Shown here: positions 1 through 11,869 of the stretch, piece by piece
Numbering within the stretch: the stretch's first letter is position 1
How the letters are laid out: every line of letters begins with the position of its first letter
NCBI GenBank assembly: GCA_010093705.1
Contig: MU006114.1
Coordinates: forward strand, 124,001-188,000
Direction of reading: 5' to 3'
Length of the DNA: 64,000 bases
Source: Patellaria atrata CBS 101060
Lineage: Eukaryota
Notes under the pieces: generated by a model
What the model was told of the DNA's origin: nothing
Database searches by the model: none
The model's input: only the letters and a program-made list of their open reading frames with translations
Made by a program: the position numbers and the translations under genes

Positions 1-1067
1 ACGGACGAAGATGCATCCGTCTCGAGAATGAGTGCAGTAGGATTAGGGTATCTCGAGGATCCGTTCACTAGGGCTTTTGTTAAGGGACAAATACCTCGTA
101 GATACCCTATCATCAATCGAGGTAAATCAACTGCAAACTGGAACCTCAATCGATTATGCTGACTCTCCTAGGCACGTACGTTCGAACAACTGCTATTGAT
201 ACCCTTGTAAATAGGTTCTTGGCTCAGAGACCATCAGAACCGAAACAGATAATATCTCTGGGAGCGGGCTCTGATACGAGATTCTTTCGTATCATCTCCA
301 AGAATCAGTCAATAGCACTAACTTATCACGAGTTGGACTTTCCGACCAACACTTCCCTGAAGATACAGTGTATCCAGCAATCTCATGGTTTACTGTCCAT
401 CGTCCAAGCCAAGTTGAAAGCCCCCTCCGAGTTGTCTATATCTCCTGACGGGACAACCTTAACATCACCAAATTACAATATTCTCCCAATGGATCTTCGA
501 AACCTTTCACAAAACCAGTCATCCTCTCATTCAAATCCTCTCTTATCTCTTTCCAATTTCTCAACTGCAGTTCCTACTCTTATCCTTTCCGAATGCTGTT
601 TAGTGTATTTGTCTCCACAGTATGCCGATAGCGTTCTACATACTTTAGCCAAAGAACTATTTCCATCTTCTACTGCTCTTGGTTTCATTCTCTACGAGCC
701 TATTCGTCCCAATGATGCATTTGGACGTGTAATGATTTCAAATCTTGCAACTCGCGGTATACACCTACAAACCCTTAAAAAATATTCATCTCTTACACGA
801 CAAAGACAGAGACTGCTGATTAGTGGGTTTGAGAGCGGCCAAGGCGCTTCTGATGTTGACTTTATTTGGAATAATTGGATAGATGAAGCAGAAAAGGAAA
901 GGATTGCCAATCTTGAAATGTTTGATGAAATTGAGGAGTGGAGGATGCTCGGGAAACACTATTGTGTTGCTTGGGGTTGGAGAGATGGTGCGGACAACCA
1001 GCCCATATTTACTCCGGCATGGTATGAGGTTATAAGCCAGGATGAAATCGAGGATGATATTGGTTAA
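1..1067 (+). CDS. PPM1: Leucine carboxyl methyltransferase 1 (PP2A methyltransferase), 5'-truncated by the window
   Basis: Exon from base 1 reads TDEDASVSRMSAVGLGYLEDPF...YPIINRG. Intron 122-171 (GTAAAT...CTAG) joins it to GTYVRT. Motifs QIISLGAGSDTR, ELDF, LSECCLVY and FDEIEEW...HYC are typical of LCMT1/Ppm1. Confidence 0.9.
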
Positions 1068-1530
1068 GCAGAAGATTGATCACTAGGTACAGCAACAGTC
1101 GAATATGGCTTGAGCGAACTTAAAGCTCTCGCCCATAGTGTTTGTATGTTCGCTCTATCAAGCGGAAACGATCCATGTATAATTGGAGTTACCTCTATGC
1201 TTTACGGAGTAAAGCGTAATTGTGCAAAATACCCTCCTAGGTATTCACTTCCATATCTTTTTACGACAAGCATTCATCTCATTACGCTGCATGTGACGCG
1301 GTGACAGGTGCGGAATATATCGCGCTAATATAATTGGCACAAGGGATGAGAAATGGGCGAAGTGCCAAGATATCTAGCTCAAAGTGGGTTAGTTTCAGCC
1401 TTTCCAGCGCTCCTAACTTCAACGTTCGCGAACTCTCGACGCGAAAAACATCCCAAAGCTCTGACATCTAGATTATTGTGCAAACCTGCATTACTGGTTC
1501 ACGATATCCAGTATCACTGTTACTGATAAA

Positions 1531-3689
1531 ATGCAAGACCCCAGTCAAGGTGTCCCCGGTCATCTTGTAAGCTTTTCAGCTCCCTTATTATTCAAAAGTT
1601 TGATATTGACTGACCTTCAAAAAGCTCCCCCACGTCCATTTGATATCGTCCTATCGTTTTCCAACGCAAGCTCGGCCAGATCTTCAAGATGCGCTCTCAA
1701 AACTCCTCGAAGCGCCTAGAATTGTTCGAGACCTTGCCCCAATGTCATGGACATATCTCACAACTCCCCTACCTGATGGTACTATGATTTTGACGTGGCA
1801 ACCACACAATCAGAGACAAACAAGGTTTGCAAGCGATGGTATCGTGTGGGCAGATCCGGAAGTGACTTACCACCATGAAGTTCGCGGCTATGTCAGTATT
1901 CCTTAGGATTATAAATGAGGTTACGCTGATGTTTCCTAAGACACTTGAAATTCTAGTCCATCGTACAGGATATGCTCCTGTCCGAGAGCAAATTGCCAGT
2001 CATTCTAGATATCGTTACCGTATCATATCTAAAGGACAGAATGCTACTGGGCCGAATCCTGATCCGTCCCTTTGGCTTGTTCATTATGTCCAGTCCGAAC
2101 AACAGAATCGCATACCGGTCAATAGCTTACCCAGCAATGCGGAAATGCAGACAATAATGCGTGAACGAGTGTATCTAGAGAGCCAAGGAACATTACCAAG
2201 GAAAGAATTTATGCTTCATGACAGGAACAATTACCCACAACTAAGCTTAAGCCGTAATGCTCAAATGCCTCAAGGGCCTACCGGTTACCCCATGGCTATG
2301 GGTAGGGCAGTACAAGCAGGAAATCCACCGCCATCAAAGCGAGCACGTCACGCTGGTTCAGCACAGATCCCAGTCCCTACAGGTCCTTCAACACAGACTG
2401 GGCCACCAGATACTTCCGTAGAAGACGAAGAAAATACAGCACTTGGAGATATATTGGATAATCTTAATCCTCGCGAAATCAGTTCGATGAGATTCAAGCA
2501 GCATCACGAATGGATGGAAGAGATCTTCTCTTCCCCATACGCTGCTGGCCAAATAGTTCCAGTTGACCTGGCTTTGGGTATGGTTGGCGAGCTCTCTCAC
2601 CTGACGGAAGGCATTCTAGATACTCCTGGTTCAAAACCACCAAAAGATGGAAACAAGGGGACTGGAGATCTCGAGACGTACAAGAAATTAGACGATTCGC
2701 AACTTGCTGAGTTGGAGAACCGTATCAACAGACATCTTGAAAATGGTCAAATTGAACTCCAAAAGATGAAAGACGAACATGCCAAGAAAATGGCCGAATT
2801 ACGACGTGGCAAGATTTATCTTCAAGCTGAACGTAAACTAAGGGAAGCTATTTGGAATTCCACTGAGACCCCCGCGACAGACGAATATATTGATGAAATC
2901 GTTCGCGATGTAGAACACTCTCTTGGTGTTACAATTAGGCTACAAAAGGACGTTGTGTGTATCGAAAAGGGTGGCCTCATTGAGGAACAGCCTGTCAACC
3001 GCAACAAAGCGGCCGTTGAATTGTCAAGACCTCTACATACAAATGGTACGAATGACAACATAGCAGATCAGGGGCTAGATAACGAGGCAGCGGGTTTGCT
3101 CGAGCAATTCACGTCAAACTCGTTGGCTTCGACACCGGGAGGCACAACACCAGCTCTACGTGTATCACAACCACCAAGTCATCCTCAGTCAGCTGCTGGC
3201 ACACCAAGCGCTTCTGCTATTCCATCAAACCACACATCGGAATTTCAGAACCAACCACCAGTTAGTGGGCCTGGGGTTGGGCAACCTTCAACAACAGCCG
3301 CAGTGGATGGTTTAGACCTAGATATCGAAATGGGTGGAATCTCTGAATCGGCAGAAGACAAAGCAGTCGAAAATGACTGGGTGATGATAGGAGAAGGAGG
3401 CACAGATCAGAATGACACTAACAACAATACGAACACCGCAGACTCAAGTACCCTGACAGGTAACACGGGCAACCACTCGAATTCAGGGATGACGCAACCA
3501 GCTGATTCAACACCCGGAATTTTCGACAGCACGGACTTTGGTGGCTTTGACAATTTAGACACTGCAGGCGATGCTTTAGCTGATTATACGGGTGGTGGAG
3601 ATGATATGGGCTTGGATCTCGATAATTCAGCGTTCGGTGAAGCTTTTCAGGCTACTGAAACCCATCAGGACGCCGTCAACCCGTCCTAA
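1531..3689 (+). CDS. ssr4: SWI/SNF and RSC complex subunit Ssr4-like protein (DUF1750)
   Basis: Introns 1567-1624 and 1892-1940 join three ORF fragments in frame (MQDPSQGVPGHL/LPHVHLISSYRFP...FASDGIVWADPE.../TLEIL...DPSLWLVHY...RFKQHHEWMEEIFSSPY). Acidic low-complexity C-terminus. Confidence 0.75.
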
Positions 3690-5594
3690 AGCATTCCTCT
3701 TCTGGCGCAATTGTTGGTGGACGACTTCTCTCTCTTCCTGCTTTTCATCTGTTTAGTTTTCGGGAGTCTCTCAAGGCCAATATGGAATATGCTAATCTAC
3801 TCTATCGAAGATGTATTGGCTTTGGCGGCGTTTACTTGGTTTCGGGGCCATTTCTCGGTTTAAACATGTCGACCTGGGTAGCTATCTGGCTCAAAATAAA
3901 TAGCTGGCTGCGCCCAAGGCGTTTTTGAGTCTCGCCTAAAGTCTTCGCGGATATATCAACACTTCATGTGTTACTAGGAATGTACAATACTCAGTAACCC
4001 AAGGAATAAGCAGTTCAGAATTTGCGAGATCCCCTCACTTGTGTCCATCTTCTGGTTATTATTAGCAATTGGTAGTACAGAGCATTAACTATGTCCTTAG
4101 CCCTACGAGAATACAAATGGCGGTCAGAGTGGCCTCGTCGGATCATTTCCCGCCCGGTCAGAGGACACATATCGTTGCGCCTCCGGTGTCGATTTGAGAG
4201 GGTTGCATTTCACGTTATGATACTCGAGCTTTGCAACCTCAGAAGTATAGCAGGTACGTAGATGCAGGGTCTAATGGAACATAAGATGGTCAAGAAATAA
4301 ACGAGACCATCGTGTAACATCGTTTTCGCAGAACCGCGGAATAGAGCGAACGTGGAATCAAACGTTATTGATCAGCTGTTGTCTAGGATGTTTTCCTGTA
4401 AGAACTCAGCAAACATTACACTTCTATCCTTATCTCATCTCATCTCCCTCCTTAATTCTAACAATTTGATAATTGCGCAGTCTGAACGCCATATGTTTTG
4501 AAGGACCCGTACATCGCTCTGTGGTCGCTGAACTGGCGCTCTGAAAGGACCGCAGTGGTACAAATAAACTATAACTGTCGGACCATGTTCACGGTTGCAG
4601 CTTTCACGACTTTCGAATCCGCCGAAGATGTCACTCCGGCGCCGTCTTCGCCGTACATCTTCCGGGTACCAACAATCATGGAACTTGCATCTATTAACCT
4701 TGCTGAATTCCATTCGAGTGGTTGTGAATCTATCCACGCTGTATGCAAACACGGCGTTCGCGGGGCCTGTGCTTCGAATACGCCATATCCGCAAGGTCGC
4801 TGTAAAGATATCCTCACTACTAAGGTAGAGATCGTGGTAAACACCATGCATCCATTGCCCCAAAGATACCCGATAGTATACGGAAGCGGCTGCATGCGCT
4901 CTGGAAAAGCTTTATTCAAAAATATACCCGCATCTATGATCACATGTGAATATTTTTAGAGGATTTGGGCTGAGCTCGAAGCCTGTATAAAGGCTTTCAT
5001 TCTACCGTCTTCTCAAGCTACACGTTTCAATTACAAGCAAGAAATACTACCTTTCGTTACCTCTTTACAGTTTTAGTGGGGTACGGTCTTTGTTTGCTTT
5101 CGTTTGTCCATCTCATCTAGTGGGTATCTCAGATTCGCATCTTGGGAGAAGGAGTCAGATCTAAAATCTAAGATTTAGTATTTACCCTAGTATGCGCAAA
5201 GCATTAATATCTATACTAACACTTTACGAAGGCCTTGCTCAAGCATTCCACGTTTGGTCCTCCCAACGGACACGATTCCGAGGTAGCAAGATAGTTCAAT
5301 GATACAGTCATACTAGCGTACGACTTCACTATTCAAGCTCTGTGTACTCAAGCTGTGTCCAGTAGCATCTGTCCACATTAGAAATCGCAGTCACATTCAA
5401 GCAAGATTTTGCCTCCTCTAGAGATCGGGACAACCTCATGAAGTATCAGTGGCAAAATTAGCTAGTCAACTAGATATTACTCCATTATTTAAAGCATTTA
5501 AAGACCAAAGAGTCTACCAGAGGAATACCAAGTAGCAAAAGAAAAACAAAGTAACATGTTTACTCTCATTCGGTCCTTCCACAGAAAATTCACC

Positions 5595-7688
5595 ATGGTG
5601 TTGACTAGTCACATATCCCACTCTCTAGCATGGATATATCTAGCCCTTTTTCTACTTCCTGGTGTCACCGCTATCCCTCTTAATTCTAGGCAGTACGTGG
5701 ATGGCCCAAACCTTCAGTCTCGCCAAACCCCTAGTAACTTTCAGATCACTGGAGTGTTAGATGGAAGAATACGGCCACGACTTGAAATAAGGGAACTCGA
5801 AAAGATTCCGGATCAATGGAATCTGTATATCCTCGGATTAGACTCCATGCAGAAGATGAACCAGTCCGGCAGGCTCTCGTACTACCAAATCGGTGGAATC
5901 CACGGCGCCCCTATGGTTCCTTGGGATGGAGTACAGGGTACTGCGAATGGGAAATGGTCCGGATACTGTACTCACTCGTCGAATCTGTTTCCCACGTGGC
6001 ACAGGCCTTATCTCGCTCTGTTTGAGGTAAGCCGACTGTCCCTCCCGCTATCAATGTATTCGCTGAATGTTTCAGCAAATATTACATGCCAACGTTGCAG
6101 ATATCGTCGAGTCGTTCCCTGCAGGGGAGACTAGAGATAGATATGCCGCTGCAGCCGCAACTTTCAGAATGCCCTTCTGGGACTGGGCGAGAGATCCAGC
6201 ACCGGGACAAAGCATGTATCCAATGAGCATGCGCACGCCCACCATAAGAATTACGGCTCCAGATGGCCCTAGGGAGATACATAATCCGTTGTACTCTTAC
6301 GTTTTTCATCCCCTGAATCCGGACGATTTGGTCTACTCTCCAGTAGGTTGAATATCCCCGTAGTGAATGATTGCGACACTAATGATGAAGTAGTGGAATA
6401 CCTATCCTGAAACGGTGCGACTTCCAGATCAGTCTAATCCTCCTATTTCTCAAAATGATGCCCTGGCGACTACACTTGACAGCGTTCGATGGTGGCATAA
6501 AGAGCGCTTGTATAGACTCTTTGTGAATGCAGATGATTACACTCAATTCGCGACGGACGGTAATTGGAATAGTGGTGATGCGGCTGGTTTTGATTCACTT
6601 GAAGCCTTGCATAATATGCCACATGCCCTTATGGGAGGTCATATGCAATACGTAGCTCTTTCAGGATTTGATCCTGCCTTCATGTTGCATCATGCGTAAG
6701 TTTTTTGAGAATTTATATATCTCCCAAACCTACTCTCATATCCGTTGTACAGGAACGTGGACAGGGTCTTCGCGATGTGGCAAGTCTTGTACCCCAATGC
6801 CTGGGTTACTCCACAGAGACAAAGAGGACAAACATTCACAATAGATGTCAACACTCTCCAAGACGGTAACTCACGTACGTATACCCTCATACACCATTCT
6901 GAGATATGTATGTCAAACTGATGGATCCCGCAGCGCTTACACCCTTCCATTCTTCCACGAATGGCGAATTCTGGACGTCAAATGCAGCCCGCAACACCGA
7001 ACGACTAGGATACACCTACCCCGAAGTCCTCGAAGCGAACAAAGACCCTGCCCGCATGCGCGAGATAGTAAACCGTTTTTATGCGCCCACCAGTGTCTCT
7101 ACCAGGTCAGTCACAGGCCGTGCTGCCGCACAAGGCATGTCTCGGGAGTACTTCGTCAACATCAAAGCGAGCCGCTATGGCGAAGACGGAGCCTACTTCA
7201 TCTTCTTCTTCCTGGGCAATCCTTCGGAAAATTCGCACGACTGGATGACCGACGGGAACCTGGTGGGCATGCACAGCGTCTTGACGAGCGCGGGGGCAAG
7301 AGGGGTCACGGTCACAGCGGCTGTGCCGCTGAACACGGAACTGGAGAGACGAGGCGGCACCGTCGGGTTCTCTGATGTGGCGGATGAGATGGCGGTGGAG
7401 AATTATCTGGGCTTGAATTTGCATTGGAGGTTTGCGAAGGTGAGAGAGCTTCTGTGTATGTCTTTTAGAGTGGTTGCTGATATGGAGCAGAGTGATGGGA
7501 CTGAGATTCCTCGTTCGGAGTTGCCGGAGACTATGATCACGGTCGTTTCTACAGATATCAAATTGGCGAGAACTGCGAATGCGTTTCCGGAACGTGTTGG
7601 GGGGTTCAAGGTGTATGCGAACATCACTGATGGAGGCCCGAATATGTGTGCGGGAATGTATATCTATGGATGTTCTGGTGAGAGTTAA
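5595..7688 (+). CDS. Secreted tyrosinase / type-3 copper oxidase with C-terminal domain
   Basis: Hydrophobic signal peptide (LAWIYLALFLLPGVTA). CuA motifs GIHGAP, YCTHSSNLFPTWHRPYL; PFWDW; CuB motif LEALHNMPHALMGGHM...FDPAFMLHHANVDR; LTPF and LGYTYPE. Introns about 6027-6075, 6343-6393, 6696-6752, 6875-6933, 7440-7489. An upstream in-frame ATG at 5556 is an alternative start. Confidence 0.92.
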
Positions 7689-8080
7689 GGGGAGGTTGAT
7701 ACGATGGATTTGCTTATGGGTTTAGTGATATTGCTGGGTGAATTCAGATGTATGGAATGTGATGATTGGAGGGTTCAGTTTAGGGAAAGCCGTGCTTGTA
7801 TCCATGTCATAGTTTGCTCTTGAATTTATGTTGATTTATCTGCACCATTTTTGAGGATATCCCAGAACATTAAAGGCTGGTCATAGTCCTCAAGTAACGC
7901 TGCTGGGGGAATACATAATCCAAACCACAATCTAATACGACTTATACGGGGTTATATTCCTTAGATATATCTCTGAAAAAAAATAACCCGATAGATCCGC
8001 TCTATAAGAGTGAGCCAAACAGTATTGTCTGTACATGATCGTAAAGTACCCTGACGTCTGACATGGACCAGATCCGAAGC

Positions 8081-8891
8081 CTTGGCATAAAACAAACCTT
8101 GAAAGGGCGTGAATTTTTTTGGTCATTTGCTTAATGGCAAGTAAATAGAGGAAATGATATGCTTATCTAGGATCGCCAGAAGAAATCTCGAAGATTCGTG
8201 TGCTATATGAAAAGTTTTGATAAGGTGATTTTGAAGTTCAGTTTTTGGGTGCAGTCATCCAGATGCTGCTTCGATTGCATACCAAAACCCCTTCGAAAGC
8301 GCGTGATTTTTTTTTAGTTATTCGCTTAACCGTAAGTAATTGGGGGAAAGTATACTGATATCTGAGATCGCGAGAAGAAATGTCGACGATTCGTGTGCTA
8401 TACGAATTTTTTGGATAAGGTGGTTTGAAGTTATGTGAATGAGTTTCCGCGCCGTGAGGTCACGTTGCTCGGATGTACAGACCATCACGAACTCCACTGC
8501 CTTATAAGATCTTGGCATACAGAAAATGCTTTGGAAGGGCGTGATTTTTTTTTGGGTTACTTGCTTAACCGTACGTCAAGGGAGGAAATGATTGAGTTAT
8601 CTGAGATCGTGAGAAGAAATCTCGACGATTCGTGTGCTATATGAAGATTTTACGAAGTTCAGTTTTTGGACTTATTCGCACACTTTTGATGCACGTGCCA
8701 CCATTACGAAATATCTATGTCCAAGATTTTGGCAGACCAAAAATCGTTAAAGGGGCTCGATTTGTTGTTAGTCATCTGCTTAACGGTTAGAAATAGAGTA
8801 AATTCATGAAATTATCTAAGACCTAAGCAAAATATCTCACAGATTTATGTGCGATATTAAATTTTTCGATGAGGTGGTGAAATTTCACTTT
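8081..8891. repeat. Four degenerate tandem copies of a ~160-170 bp block
   Basis: Alignable blocks at about 8081-8250, 8275-8432, 8511-8670 and 8729-8891. Shared elements: TTGGCATA..., GGCGTGA-polyT, GCTTAAC, TATCTGAGATCG.GAGAAGAAATCTCGACGATTCGTGTGCTATATGAA, GATAAGGTG.TTTGAAGTTCAGTTTTTGG. Confidence 0.9.
8859..8887. promoter_or_regulatory. RRPE-like (AAATTTTTC) plus PAC (GATGAG) motifs upstream of UTP18
   Basis: AAATTTTTCGATGAG at 8859-8873 and TGAAATTTCA at 8878-8887, about 200 bp before the UTP18 ATG. These are known ribosome-biogenesis regulon motifs in yeasts. Confidence 0.4.
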
Positions 8892-9069
8892 CTGAAAAGA
8901 GCAGAGGCGCGTCGGATATCTTTTAGGTGAAGGTCTGGGCACCAAGCTTTTTACCGAAAATGCTTATTCGTTTAGCGGTCGATCATGCTAGAAAAATTAT
9001 CGAGCTTTCAAACAACGTTGTACGCAGCACGGCATTACCGGCTCGACATACCCCACAGTCCCAGTTACA

Positions 9070-10988
9070 ATGTCGCCCTCAAGAGCTCTCTCGCACTCGA
9101 AAGTGTCTGGAGTATTTGCCAACCCGTCAAAAGATCTCTCCGAACCGAGCGCGCAATCGAGCAATGCAGAAGAAGCGGACGAGGATATAGATATGGATGA
9201 TGATCCTATGGAGAAAGATGAAGATGAGTTAGAGCTCGAGAAACTCGTGTTTGGGGATAGTGAAGGGTTTATGGATGGTATAAGGGAGTTTAGGCAAGAT
9301 GAAATAGCGTACAAGAGCTTTGCGGACGGCGATGAGATTGCGGAGGATGAAGCAGATGAGGAAGACCCGGGGGAAGTGGATGATAATGATGTATGTGATT
9401 TCAGTTACTCCGAAAGAATGCGGTCTAATTAACTAATTAGCTCTTTTTCATGGATTCTGGTCCTGATGCTGGAGCTCTTGTCCCCGCCCCTACCGCTGAA
9501 GATGAAATCTCCGCAGCCGAATCAGATCATGGACACGGCCGACCGGCATGGCAAGATAGTGATGATGAGAGAGTTACTGTATCATTAGCTTCAGTCCCTA
9601 GACTTAGGAAGCTTAGAGAGAAGGAGAGTGATGACATCGTCAGCGGAAAGGAGTATATCAAACGGCTACGGAGGCAGTATGTGAGGCTCAATCCAGAGCC
9701 TGATTGGGTCAAAGAGGCCAGAGCCTTGAACCTGAAAAAGCGGACGCGGAATGAAGAAGATGACACAACTTCCGACGACAACATAGGTATGGACAGCGAC
9801 TCCGAGACCCGCTCCGTACAGCCCCTCGCAAAACTCCTCAAAGACGCAGATGGCCTCCTCAGGAGTGGACAACCCAGCGCAAACAAACGTAGAAAACTTC
9901 ACCCGGAAGTCCTCGACATCCAACGCATGAAAGACCTCGGCAATCCAGCTCCGTCCGCCATATCCTCCCTCTCTATGCATCCCACTCTCCCGCTCCTCCT
10001 TTCTACCGCCGGCTCCGCCTCGACTCTCTATCTTCACCACCTCACCACTAGCACGCACCACACCCAACCGAACGCTCCCTACCCCCTCCTCACCTCCCTC
10101 CATCTCCTCCACACCCCAATCACCACCACCACTTTCTCCCCCTCACCCTCCGACCCCCGCATCTTCCTCGCCGCCCGCCGCCGCTTCTTCCACGTCTGGA
10201 ACCTCCAATCCGGCATCATCGAAAAAATCACCCGAATCACAGGCCACGCCCACGAGCAACGAAGCATGGGCCACCTCAAGCCCTCGCCCACAGGGACACA
10301 CATCGCGCTCCGCGGCACCGGGCGCAAAGGCGCAGGCACAGTGACGATACTGGACGCCACGACTCTACAGTGGGTCGCAGCTGCAAGGGTAGAAGCGCGC
10401 GGCGGCGTGGCCGATTTTGCATGGTGGCGCGACGGCCAGGGTCTCTGCATCGCGGCCCACGACGGCGAAGTCACGGAATGGAGTCTTGCGGACCGGAACA
10501 CCGTCGCGCGCTGGCGGGACGAAGGCGCCGTCAACACGACTGTGCTCGCGCTCGGCGGGAGTAGCCAGGACACCGCGCCCCTGGGCGGCGACCGGTGGGT
10601 AGCGGTGGGCTCGTCCAGCGGGATCGTCAACGTGTATGATCGCAGGGGTTGGGTGGAGAAGGGGGAGGTGAAGATCCCAGAATGCCCCAGGCCGACTCGT
10701 GCGCTGGAACATCTTACCACGCCGACTTCTGTCCTCTCGTTCGCGCCGGATGGACAGGTTCTCGCGGTCGCGAGTCGCTGGAAAAAAGATGCGTTGAGGC
10801 TGGTGCATTTACCGAGTTGTACGGTTTATAGGAATTGGCCTACGGGGGCGACACCGTTGGGGCGGGTTACGGCGGTTGCGTGGGGGGTTGTTGGGGGGGA
10901 GGATGGAGGGGAAGAAAGGGGGGAGTTGGTGCTTGCGGTTGGCAATGAGGCGGGGAAAGTTAGGTTGTGGGAGGTTAGGGGTAGATAG
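9070..10988 (+). CDS. UTP18: U3 snoRNP / SSU processome WD40 protein Utp18
   Basis: ELELEKLVFGD exon, then intron 9391-9440, then LFFMD...AWQDSDDE...YIKRLRRQY...P.W. WD40 repeats and C-terminal KDALRLVHLPSCTVYRNWPT...PLGRVT...GNEAGKVRLW are characteristic of Utp18. Confidence 0.9.
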
Positions 10989-11869
10989 TGTGAGGATTAG
11001 GATATACAAAAAGAGGTCATTTCCGAAATCGTCAATTCTCCTACACGTTTTGAAGAAGGAAGTGGAAGTCGAATCGTAGCTAAAGAGCCCAGGTCGAATG
11101 CGGTGTTTCGCTGACGTACCTTGCTGTACATAGTCGTTAATCACCCATCCGTTGTAAAAACGAACCTGCTGATCTACAATCACCTCAGCGCCTAAGAACT
11201 TTGCTAGAAAAAAAAAACCCCCATATTTCTTTTTCTAACCTAGTTCGTACCGTGCTCATCTGGTGAAGGAACGCCCCACCCGAGCGTCTGCGAGCTCATT
11301 ACAAGCACCCAGTTCTGCAACGGAACAGAAAAAGTAAAAGGAAAAGGGTATATCTCCTTTCCTATTTTGCCGTTCAAAACCCCAGCGACGCTTTAGACCT
11401 ATTACACAGTAGGACGTTCGTGAAGAGCCAGATCAAGACGTTCGACGAAGAATATATTTTCCTACATATTATTTAGATAGAACGTCTACTCCGCTCCAAC
11501 ACACCCCCTCGTTCCGAGTCTCCGGCTAGACGTTCGACGAAAGGTGATAAGTTCTTTTTGGAGTTAGGTGGATACATAGTTGAAAAGTTGGTGATCTTAG
11601 CCACGTTTACTTCACAGAGCATGATTTATACCTTAACAAGTAGGTAGAAAGGGTGTCCTCTTATTCCCGCCCGCATCTGGGGGATCGAAACTATCTATTC
11701 CTAAGGAACCATCTCGCAGTACCCACACATTCGCTCGTCGCCGTAGATTAAAACTACCTCGTCGCACTTACCATGGTTTAAATTAATCCCCCAGTTTCTG
11801 CAGATGCCATTGAGAGTCTCAATCGTTATTCATCAGTCACGTAGATCTCATCACACCGGCACGAAAACC

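Noticed and set aside
4435..4959. Overlapping 120-150 aa ORFs on both strands upstream of the tyrosinase
   Set aside because: No motifs or codon bias, several non-ATG starts, mutually overlapping; probably promoter DNA.
5556..7688. Tyrosinase as part of a secondary-metabolite or RiPP cluster
   Set aside because: Neighbours are housekeeping genes; no PKS, NRPS, DUF3328 or KR-repeat precursor gene in the window.
8081..8891. CRISPR-like repeat-spacer reading of the array
   Set aside because: Units are ~165 bp and divergent, the context is eukaryotic, and there are no cas genes.
9527..11183. Long antisense and alternate-frame ORFs over UTP18
   Set aside because: Shadows of GC-rich, skewed coding sequence.
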